Shown here piece after piece: positions 19,380 to 27,180 of a stretch of 64,000 nt of DNA. The notes beneath the pieces were generated by a model. That model was not told where the DNA came from and did no database searches. It worked only from the letters and a program-made list of their open reading frames with translations. Source of the stretch: a bacterium (GTDB lineage Bacteria; Patescibacteriota; CPR2; UBA1875; JAJYID01); assembly GCA_021790235.1 (NCBI GenBank), contig JAJYID010000001.1:43131-107130 (forward strand), given 5' to 3'. The first letter of the stretch is position 1; every line of letters starts with the position of its first letter. Both the position numbers and the translations under genes were made by a program.

Positions 19380-20029
19380 TATTCTTCTTCTATTTTATAG
19401 CCAGTTATATCCGGTTTTTTATAATTATATTTTTTTGCCGGGTTTATGGATGCCATTTCTGAGATAAGAGGCTCTTTCCCTGGCTGTTTTGCCTCGACTT
19501 TCTTTCGAGCATCTTCAAGGCTTTGGTCAATCACGGCATCTCCTTTGTCAAAAACTGTTTCTGCTTTTATTTCATTTACTTTATTTTGTAAGCCGTAAGC
19601 TCCACCGGTGTCTACCATGAGGGATATTTTTTCTATTTCTCCTTCCGCGTTTTCAAGAGGTGCCTTTGGTGGCAAGTTTTGCCCCTGTATGGTATCAGAT
19701 TTTACCTGATCTGTCTGTGGCTTTGAACCTTGATCATTTTCTTTTTTCCAGACTCTCTGCCTCGGTTTTGAAATAAAAATGGCAAAAGGGATAATGTGGG
19801 TATAAACAGGCCTGCCATTATAAGGTACAAAACATATTAGAAGAGAAAAAGATCCGAAAAAGGCTCCGATTATTACTGCAGTTATAGTAGACATACCAAG
19901 ATTCATAAGAAGCGCCATGACTATTACGGTGACTACAACAGCGACAAAGACAAAACCAAACTGTTTTAAGGTGAATGGCCCTATAATTTTGTCTTCAACG
20001 TTCATTTCTTGGGGTATTTTATGCTGCAT
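19379..20029 (-). CDS. PrgI-family (VirB3-like) membrane protein
   Basis: QHKIPQEMNVEDKIIGPFTLKQF, two TM helices, YNGRP...KPRQRVWKK. Confidence 0.85.
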   Translation of the reverse strand: MQHKIPQEMNVEDKIIGPFTLKQFGFVFVAVVVTVIVMALLMNLGMSTITAVIIGAFFGSFSLLICFVPYNGRPVYTHIIPFAIFISKPRQRVWKKENDQGSKPQTDQVKSDTIQGQNLPPKAPLENAEGEIEKISLMVDTGGAYGLQNKVNEIKAETVFDKGDAVIDQSLEDARKKVEAKQPGKEPLISEMASINPAKKYNYKKPDITGYKIEEE

Positions 20030-20035
20030 AACTTA

Positions 20036-21643
20036 CTATTCTTCAGTTTCTTTCATGGCTGCTTTAATTGTAGAAATAGATTTTTCCTTGCCCATTTGTG
20101 ATCCGGTCTTTTCAAATGCAGATTGGGTGGAATATCGACCAGACATAGTTCTTTGACTCTTGCCGTAGTTGACTAGCTGATTAAAGTGGTCTTGACCGGC
20201 ATCGCCTCTATTTTTGAAGTGTTGGAGGAAGACAGCGTCTCTATTTGCGTTCTGTTTAGATGCAAACCTTTTGAGTTTCCTTCTCTTCTTTTTGTCTGTT
20301 ATACTTGCCCAGCCCCCTGTAGCCGCATTAAAGATATCATTGTCTGTAACTCCATGCCTATCTTGCAATCTTTGAAGTTGGGTGGCACCACCTAGGCGTG
20401 CACCTTTTTCAGACGTCCAGGACTTGTCTCTGCCCATAACTGCCCTTCCAAGAGCATTCATATTGCCGTCTTTTCCCCCAATCATACCTAACTTATTAAT
20501 GGCGCGGTTTCGGCCAACCGCGCTTAAGGCGCTGCCGAGGCGAGCCTTTTTGTTTTTGTCAATTCTAGAGCTTCTGTCGGCTGCCCTATCTCTGATTGAT
20601 TTCATATCTACCGGTGCGAAAGGTATTCCCTTCTTGCCGCTCATTCTATTTTGGATAGTTTGTCCGGCTGCTCCCAGCATCTTAAGAGGGAGATATACTG
20701 AAAGCGGAATCGTAACGAGGACTATAAGCATGGCTGAGAAGTCACCCAGAAAACCACTTGAGGGATTACTGGTGCCGCCTATGTTAACTATCGTCTGTGT
20801 CGCTTTCGGATTGTCTGGTACTACTGCATGGCTGCCTCCCCACATTTGCATGCCAACCCACAAGATCAGCATGCAAATCGGGAAAAAGAAAACCCACTTT
20901 ATAAAGTTTTTTAGCCATTCTTGAAAATATTTCTCTGTCCAAGGAAGGATGGTTAAAGCGAAGGCTAAGGGTGCAACAATAATCATAAATGCCAGGAAAA
21001 CTGCTCGGAAGAGTAAGGCTACCGCTAAAAAGATAAAAACAAAAAAACAAATAATGCAGATCAAAAGGACAAACCATGCCATGCCAAAACTTATATCTGA
21101 AATACTGTTTATTTTATCTTGGATACCCTGTAAACCGTTAAGGCTTAAAGATGACCCTCCATTGCTTTGCAGAGATCCTACTATTGCATGAGAAAAATTG
21201 ATCAGAGAAATACATAAAAACTTGCTAAAAATAATAAAGAAGGAAGCCAAGATCATCTTGGGGATCATGCGGTTGACGCCCCATGTCTGAATCTGAATTT
21301 TCATGATATTCATAAAAGCGATCACTAAAATCGTGATGCCAAATATACTTAAGGACAATGCTCTGACCTGTGACCATGCGCTTTGTACATTGTCGTTTGT
21401 TATGACTGCAGTGGTGTAACCGACCGCTTCTTGGACCATCCAAAAACCAGCCCCAAGGAAACCTTTGCCAATATCTAAAATTATGGATGCCAGCGCACCT
21501 GAGATCATACTGGAAACACTGGCAAAAACCACATTTGGTGTTAAAAGAGCCGCTAGAGAAACACCGCAAACCAAAACTAAACCTTTAAGTAAAGTTCTTT
21601 TTGCAATGAAAAAATCATTAAGCTTTATAAATATCACCCTCAT
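20036..21643 (-). CDS. VirB6/TrbL-like polytopic membrane protein with a basic cytoplasmic tail
   Basis: About 7 TM helices; LLFRAVFLAFMIIVAPLAFALTILPWTEKYFQEW is typical of VirB6-like proteins. Start uncertain (21679/21643/21637). Confidence 0.78.
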   Translation of the reverse strand: MRVIFIKLNDFFIAKRTLLKGLVLVCGVSLAALLTPNVVFASVSSMISGALASIILDIGKGFLGAGFWMVQEAVGYTTAVITNDNVQSAWSQVRALSLSIFGITILVIAFMNIMKIQIQTWGVNRMIPKMILASFFIIFSKFLCISLINFSHAIVGSLQSNGGSSLSLNGLQGIQDKINSISDISFGMAWFVLLICIICFFVFIFLAVALLFRAVFLAFMIIVAPLAFALTILPWTEKYFQEWLKNFIKWVFFFPICMLILWVGMQMWGGSHAVVPDNPKATQTIVNIGGTSNPSSGFLGDFSAMLIVLVTIPLSVYLPLKMLGAAGQTIQNRMSGKKGIPFAPVDMKSIRDRAADRSSRIDKNKKARLGSALSAVGRNRAINKLGMIGGKDGNMNALGRAVMGRDKSWTSEKGARLGGATQLQRLQDRHGVTDNDIFNAATGGWASITDKKKRRKLKRFASKQNANRDAVFLQHFKNRGDAGQDHFNQLVNYGKSQRTMSGRYSTQSAFEKTGSQMGKEKSISTIKAAMKETEE

Positions 21644-21751
21644 GCTCATATTATATGGCAGAAGCAGTTTGCATTGCAAGTATAGAATAAAAGTTCAATG
21701 GTATGCTTAAAAGCGCCAAATTGGCAAAATATTTAAGTTGGAAGTTTTAGC

Positions 21752-22108
21752 TTATCCGGTAAACAGGCTGATGACAAGATTTACGGCGAAAGCTGATATA
21801 ACAATGATCACCAGTCCGATCAGAGCGTAGATAATAGTTTTCTTTGCTCCCTCTGCTTGTGAGGAATTGCCTGCTGAAGCCAGGTATCTGATGCCGCCGA
21901 TAACCAGAAAGACTACGGCTAAAGCCCCGGCGATCAGAAGAAGCCATCCGCCAATTTTTTGGATTAATCCAACTACTTGATTGATAGGTTTGTCTGTGAC
22001 TGAAGCTATAGGGACGGAAACTGTGGGAGTTGAAGGATCAGCCAACGCAGTGCCGGAAAGAGCCGATGATACGAGCGCAGACGCAAACATAAGTAAACTC
22101 TTTTTCAT
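21752..22108 (-). CDS. VirB2/TrbC-like T4SS pilin (probable major pilin)
   Basis: Signal peptide ending ALA; IAGALAVVFLVIGGIRYLASAGN...AKKTIIYALIGLVII. Confidence 0.85.
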   Translation of the reverse strand: MKKSLLMFASALVSSALSGTALADPSTPTVSVPIASVTDKPINQVVGLIQKIGGWLLLIAGALAVVFLVIGGIRYLASAGNSSQAEGAKKTIIYALIGLVIIVISAFAVNLVISLFTG

Positions 22109-22136
22109 TTTTTGCCTCTTTTATTAATAATTTTTA

Positions 22137-23036
22137 TTATCCGCCAAAAAATATTGCAACAATTTTCACTATTGAATATGCTAACACTACTATTATAAGG
22201 CCTATAAAAGCACCTGCAAGACTTTTTTTGGCCCAGGCAGTTTGGGTGGGATTGCCCATAGAGACCATATAGCCAACACCGGAGATGATGATCATAACTA
22301 CCACTATAGCTCCGACGGCTATCATCATCATGCTTATGACATTTTGGATCACACATATTATAGAGTAGCCTTCTGTCGGGTTGTTGATATCGGGCTTCTT
22401 GCCTTCTGGTGTTTTGATTGTACAGCTTGAGATGTCAAAGAATCCGGTTAACTGTGGTAAATTATTAAATCCTATAGCATCAGTCTTAGGAAGATTCGGT
22501 GGCGCTGATCCAAGGCAATTAAGCAGGCCTGTCTCACTTTGCCCGGTGCAAGTTTTCATTCCGACTTGAATGGCGCAGTAATCCCGTAATGACTGTTTTT
22601 TTTGTTGAGCTATTTTCGCATTGTTTGGAGATGCCATACACTCGTTATATTTTGTTTGTGCGTCAGTTAAGACAAAAGCGTTTGGGCACATAGCCCCGCA
22701 TTGATCGAGATGACCTTGCTGTGTGCCTGGCCTATTATCGCAAAATTGCATACAGTTATCAAATGTGCCTAAGTTTGCATCAGCGGCCTCTGGAGCTAGA
22801 GATAGGCCAGGAGGCAATGGTAAGTTAAAACATTTATTATCGCACGATGGTTGGTCAATCTGGCTTACAACAGAGCAATCCTTAAAACAAGCACTAGATA
22901 GTTCTTGATCTGAAAAACCTGCAGCCTTTGTTTTCTGAACTGACAAAAAATTCAATGATAAAAAAAGACCAAACAGAAAAAATGATAAAAAAAACACTTG
23001 TTTGATAAAAATATTGTTGATTTGATATTTTTTCAT
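22137..23036 (-). CDS. T4SS pilin with a Cys-rich N-terminal extension
   Basis: Signal peptide, many Cys, C-terminal IISGVGYMVSMGN...AKKSLAGAFIGLII pilin motif. Confidence 0.8.
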   Translation of the reverse strand: MKKYQINNIFIKQVFFLSFFLFGLFLSLNFLSVQKTKAAGFSDQELSSACFKDCSVVSQIDQPSCDNKCFNLPLPPGLSLAPEAADANLGTFDNCMQFCDNRPGTQQGHLDQCGAMCPNAFVLTDAQTKYNECMASPNNAKIAQQKKQSLRDYCAIQVGMKTCTGQSETGLLNCLGSAPPNLPKTDAIGFNNLPQLTGFFDISSCTIKTPEGKKPDINNPTEGYSIICVIQNVISMMMIAVGAIVVVMIIISGVGYMVSMGNPTQTAWAKKSLAGAFIGLIIVVLAYSIVKIVAIFFGG

Positions 23037-23057
23037 AAATACTCTATAGTCTCTGAA

Positions 23058-24149
23058 CTAATGAATGTTCAGTTGTCCAAAACCTAATAGTTGCAAAACT
23101 ACATTTGCTATAATAATAAGCCCCAACCCGATCAGCGCATAGAAGATGTGGCTTTTGGCGTCTGAAGTTCTTTGGGCATTGCCGGCAGCGGTGGCGTACA
23201 TGATACCGCCGAGTACTATTTTCAAGATCGCCAAGCTACCAAAGAGAATGGTTCCGATAGTCCAGACATTTTGGACGTATTTGTCGATATTGTTACCTTG
23301 AAAACCACCTGGTATTTGTCCCGCACTAATAGATCCTATATCGCCGGTATTAAAGTTAAATGCATCTTGATAAGCTTTTTCAAGGGCGTCCTTCGACTGT
23401 AACGCGGCTACTGTAATGACACTATAGGGTTTGCGTTGTTTGCATGCTTTGTAAAGAGGGGTGCTGGTATCTGGGTGTTCTATGTTATGAGGATAAAGAG
23501 CTGTATGGCAAAAATAAAAATATGCTTGACCTTCACTTTGAGGCACCCAAAAAGTTGTATTATCCTGACTATCCTGATTATCCTTATTTTCCTCACCGGT
23601 AATCCACTGTTGATACAGGCAAGGCGCATAACGAAAAGGTGGTTCTGCATCTATGTGACTTAGATTATCGGAGCTCCATTCAAAATGAGCTAGGTGTACC
23701 ATATCATTCCGCCAATCTTTGTCGGCTTTTATTGTATTGCGGTCAACCAGCGGCCAGCCGCTGTCGGTTACATGATGTGAAGTTATATATGCTACCCACG
23801 TACTTTCTAATGCATCACGGCATGCTATGTTTTCCTGAGACTCAAACGATTTTTTACCGTCCGACCAGTAGGAATTGTTGTCTGTGTCATAGCCATTAGT
23901 ACTGTTACAAGCTATATCCCAACCATTAGTTCCATAGGTAGCACCATCATTATCATTTATGCAATCATTATAGTCCCTATTAGTTTTCCAACAATCACTA
24001 GCAGCAGTGATGCATCCTTTTGCATTATCATAATGAGGTGCTGGATCACTGCCCGCCAATGTTTTTACAGGATTCACGAAAAATGCAAAAAATATAAACA
24101 GGCAAGTCAAAGCAATGAATAATAGATATTTATTACTGATTTTTCTCAT
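23058..24149 (-). CDS. T4SS pilin with a large Cys/Trp/Asp-rich N-terminal domain
   Basis: Signal peptide; C-terminal IVLGGIMYATAAGN...AKSHIFYALIGLGLI. Confidence 0.8.
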   Translation of the reverse strand: MRKISNKYLLFIALTCLFIFFAFFVNPVKTLAGSDPAPHYDNAKGCITAASDCWKTNRDYNDCINDNDGATYGTNGWDIACNSTNGYDTDNNSYWSDGKKSFESQENIACRDALESTWVAYITSHHVTDSGWPLVDRNTIKADKDWRNDMVHLAHFEWSSDNLSHIDAEPPFRYAPCLYQQWITGEENKDNQDSQDNTTFWVPQSEGQAYFYFCHTALYPHNIEHPDTSTPLYKACKQRKPYSVITVAALQSKDALEKAYQDAFNFNTGDIGSISAGQIPGGFQGNNIDKYVQNVWTIGTILFGSLAILKIVLGGIMYATAAGNAQRTSDAKSHIFYALIGLGLIIIANVVLQLLGFGQLNIH

Positions 24150-24213
24150 GCTGCCATTATATTTATATTGGCCGTAAAAGCCAAGTGTTATCTTCTTAAG
24201 TCTATGAGAAATA

Positions 24214-24891
24214 CTATGTTTCTCTTAAGAATTTTCGAATATCTTCTACTTGGGCTTTTGTCTGCCCTCCTATCACAAAAACAGTCAGTTCACGTTCTAG
24301 TTTGTCGAGTTCCTTTATCTTTTCTTCATAGAGCTGATTGTTTTGTTTTTTCTCATTTTGTTCCCTAACCCCTTGGCGGTATCTTTTTCTTGCAAAGTCA
24401 GCTTCCGCGGCAAAAAGTTTAGTTTTGGCTTCTTCAAGAGCTTTTTCTAGTTCATGCATTTGCGATGCAGTTTTTCTGATAGAGAAGTCTGAATCTTTAA
24501 TGAGCCTTTCCGTTAGAATAATGAAATCTTTTTTTTCTATAAATTCTTCGCTCTTAATATCCAAAAGCTGGGTGAGAGTTTCTCTTTCTTTGCGCGTCAG
24601 TTCTTCCTTGCGGTTTTCCATGTCGACTACCAGTTCTTCGGCCACTTTCTTCTTTTCTTTTAACAAGAGCATGGTTAGCCTTATATTACCTAAATTGTTT
24701 GTCAGGCTAAAAACATGCCGGCGTCTTGTCTTTAGAGAACCCCGACTGTCTATTTCGCTTTCTGTCGTTTTCGTATCTTCAGAAAGAAGTGAAACAATTG
24801 TCTGGAAAGTTTCGCAGACATCATCGAATATCTCTTCGAAAGATCTCTTTTTGTCTTTCCGGGTTAGGCTAGTAATATTTTCTTCTGCCAT
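24214..24891 (-). CDS. hypothetical coiled-coil protein
   Basis: 225 aa, K/E-rich heptads, no TM; starts 3 nt after the upstream gene's stop. Confidence 0.7.
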   Translation of the reverse strand: MAEENITSLTRKDKKRSFEEIFDDVCETFQTIVSLLSEDTKTTESEIDSRGSLKTRRRHVFSLTNNLGNIRLTMLLLKEKKKVAEELVVDMENRKEELTRKERETLTQLLDIKSEEFIEKKDFIILTERLIKDSDFSIRKTASQMHELEKALEEAKTKLFAAEADFARKRYRQGVREQNEKKQNNQLYEEKIKELDKLERELTVFVIGGQTKAQVEDIRKFLRET

Positions 24892-24894
24892 AAG

Positions 24895-26433
24895 TTATAA
24901 CTCCTTGCATATTTCTTCCAGTTTGTCGGCTTTATTTTTTGCGGTTTTCTTTATAGCGTTAATCGTTTCTCTGCCGATAAATTTGCTTATTTCGACCGGC
25001 GTTGTCACCCCGACGAAAAGTGCCGTTTCCTTAGCACCTCTGCTGCTGAGCGTGAGCAGTTTATTAAATTTATTCTTCATACCGATAGCTATTATTTTCT
25101 TTTCCGTTTTTTTGGCATCTTCTTCGGCTTTTTCTATTATTTCATTGATTAGCTCCACTCTCCGGTTAATTTGTTCAAGATGCCCTCCGGTGGGTAAAGT
25201 CCTGTGTTTTTGGTCTTTTTCTCCAATCTCATCTATTTCTTGTTTAGCCATTTCCTCGCGTAATTCTTCCTGAAATGTCGCTATTTGTTTTATATAGCTT
25301 TCTCTTCTTGTATTGTAATTTTTGGATATTTTTTCTGCTATCCTCTCTTCCTCCTCACCATGTTCAACCCTCGGTTCTTTCGGGAAAAGAGTGTTATCCA
25401 TTATAGCGAATTTTACCGGGTTTTTTGGTTTTAAAGTTTCCTCAGGATTTATATTCAAAGCTTCCTTAATAGCATCGCTTGTTTTATACTCATTCTCTAT
25501 GATTTGGTATGAGTTGAGATCTTCCAGATAAGGAGAAACATAGTCGGGCCATTTATGGATTAAACCTGTTTCTATGATACTTTTCATGGTCAGATTAACC
25601 TTGGATCTATGTATAGCTCCTAGAATGGCCAAATCTTCTGCCCCGTTTTCTCCCCGGGCTTTTAGCCGTCTTTTATCTTGTCTATAGAGCATTTCTCCAT
25701 CCACCAAACTTAAACGTGCATTTTTTAGCTGCAAAATGTCTTCTTCGGTTTTTACTTTGAGAAATATGTCTCTCGCTTTAGTCCATACTCCACTTGTCTG
25801 GTATTCAGCAAGGTAATGTTCTAGATTTTTAATTTTAGCATCTATTTCTTTAACAAGAGGTCCATATTTTTCTTCAGCTGCTTCACGGTCGAGCTCGTCG
25901 GTTCTTTCTTTTCTTGCCTCTTTTTTTAGCGCTTTAACCTTTTCGGTGATTCCCTGTATTTTTGCAGTGCTTCCACCACCAAACTCCACCTCTCTTCGAA
26001 GTTCTTGTTTTAAGCGTTTAATTTCAGGTGTCTCTACGGGTCCTTCATACTTTTCTTCCTCTTCTACTCTTTCCAAAATTTTTTCCAGAGTTTCAGTTTC
26101 CTCAGCTTCTAAGAGAGTGGCTCTTTTCTCTCTCAGAGCATCAATATGTTCTTTATCGACACCCTTTTGAGCTAATGCCTTTTCAATTTTACTCAAATCG
26201 CCGGTGGCTTTTCTGACCTGCTTTGCTAGGTCTTTTTCCTGGTTTGTAAACTGGCCGCCTTCTTTGAACTTTTGGTAAAGTGTATTAACCGGTCCGCTAG
26301 CCAAAAAGCCTAGCTTACTTTGGTAATTTTCATAGAGATCTTGTTGACTGAGGTATTCTGTCGGAAGTTCGACAGGCTTTTGGTTGTTTCCTCCCCTGCC
26401 TCTGTTTGTTGAATTTTCTGCTTGGTTTGCCAT
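24895..26433 (-). CDS. hypothetical K/E-rich coiled-coil protein
   Basis: Long ORF, no signal peptide; likely start MANQAENS (26433), alternative 26484. Confidence 0.7.
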   Translation of the reverse strand: MANQAENSTNRGRGGNNQKPVELPTEYLSQQDLYENYQSKLGFLASGPVNTLYQKFKEGGQFTNQEKDLAKQVRKATGDLSKIEKALAQKGVDKEHIDALREKRATLLEAEETETLEKILERVEEEEKYEGPVETPEIKRLKQELRREVEFGGGSTAKIQGITEKVKALKKEARKERTDELDREAAEEKYGPLVKEIDAKIKNLEHYLAEYQTSGVWTKARDIFLKVKTEEDILQLKNARLSLVDGEMLYRQDKRRLKARGENGAEDLAILGAIHRSKVNLTMKSIIETGLIHKWPDYVSPYLEDLNSYQIIENEYKTSDAIKEALNINPEETLKPKNPVKFAIMDNTLFPKEPRVEHGEEEERIAEKISKNYNTRRESYIKQIATFQEELREEMAKQEIDEIGEKDQKHRTLPTGGHLEQINRRVELINEIIEKAEEDAKKTEKKIIAIGMKNKFNKLLTLSSRGAKETALFVGVTTPVEISKFIGRETINAIKKTAKNKADKLEEICKEL

Positions 26434-26509
26434 GAAATCACTTTTCAATTTATTCTTATGTTCATTATAATGTTTTGATTGCATTTTGCAATCTTCTCAA
26501 AAGGAAAAA

Positions 26510-26549
26510 CCGGTGAGATTAGCATGAACTTCAGTCCATATCTCACCGG
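26510..26549 (-). terminator. intrinsic terminator after the 74-aa membrane protein
   Basis: CCGGTGAGAT...ATCTCACCGG stem followed by TTTTT on the minus strand. Confidence 0.7.
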
Positions 26550-26550
26550 C

Positions 26551-26775
26551 CTATTCCAGCTTACTCCAAAGTACACCTCCTATGATAAGGGCGATTACCA
26601 ATATGGGTATTAATTGGTAATCGCCTTCTGCCGAAGCTACTGCAATCAGCAGAAGGATTATCGGGAAAGTAATTGTCCTTAAAATCACTAAAGACAATCC
26701 TAGGATTACCCCTAATCCCAGACAAGTCACGGCTATTGCCGTGACGTCGTTTAGGGAAGACTCTATCACTCCCAT
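26551..26775 (-). CDS. small hydrophobic membrane protein (74 aa)
   Basis: AAGGAGG RBS, own sigma70 promoter and terminator, 2-3 TM helices. Confidence 0.75.
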   Translation of the reverse strand: MGVIESSLNDVTAIAVTCLGLGVILGLSLVILRTITFPIILLLIAVASAEGDYQLIPILVIALIIGGVLWSKLE

Positions 26776-26861
26776 TTTTCCTCCTTTGGCATGTCGTTTT
26801 CTGTTGTCTTTTCTGAAATTTTACAAGCTGTGTGCACCTGCGACTTGGCAGGTAATAAGTC

Positions 26862-26890
26862 ATTATGCATCTAAAAATTAGAAATGTCAA
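26862..26890 (-). promoter_or_regulatory. sigma70 promoter
   Basis: TTGACA-17 nt-CATAAT on the minus strand. Confidence 0.7.
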
Positions 26891-26894
26891 GGAT

Positions 26895-26950
26895 TTCGTA
26901 CCGTGAATGCTCGAGACCTTTACATTCGTACCGTGAATTCGTACTGTGAG
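26895..26950. repeat. three direct copies of TTCGTACYGTGA upstream of the -35
   Basis: Copies start at 26895, 26925 and 26938. Confidence 0.85.
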
Positions 26951-27180
26951 TCTAAAAATCTCCTCCAACCATAAACTGATAACCGATAAATATACTGTAA
27001 CTGATCCTGAGAATGAGGTAGCTATCCCAAAATGTTCTTTCAAATAAACAAAGACACTTTCAGTCTTTAGTCAGCTTTAGGATGTATCATCTGCCACTAG
27101 GTTACAATCTTTTTTTCTTTGCCTGGGATGAGGCGGAGCAACTATTAACGACCTATGCTTTCTCGGAAGTATTGTGTTCG

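Noticed and set aside
24338-25273. 311-aa Ser/Phe/Leu-rich + strand ORF
   Set aside because: Antisense shadow of the K/E-rich coiled-coil genes; it spans their in-phase junction. Most other short overlapping ORFs in the track are similar shadows.
26561-27043. 160-aa minus-strand ORF with a repeated IHGT
   Set aside because: It runs through the promoter, operator repeats and RBS of the better supported 74-aa gene; the peptide repeat simply reflects the DNA repeat.
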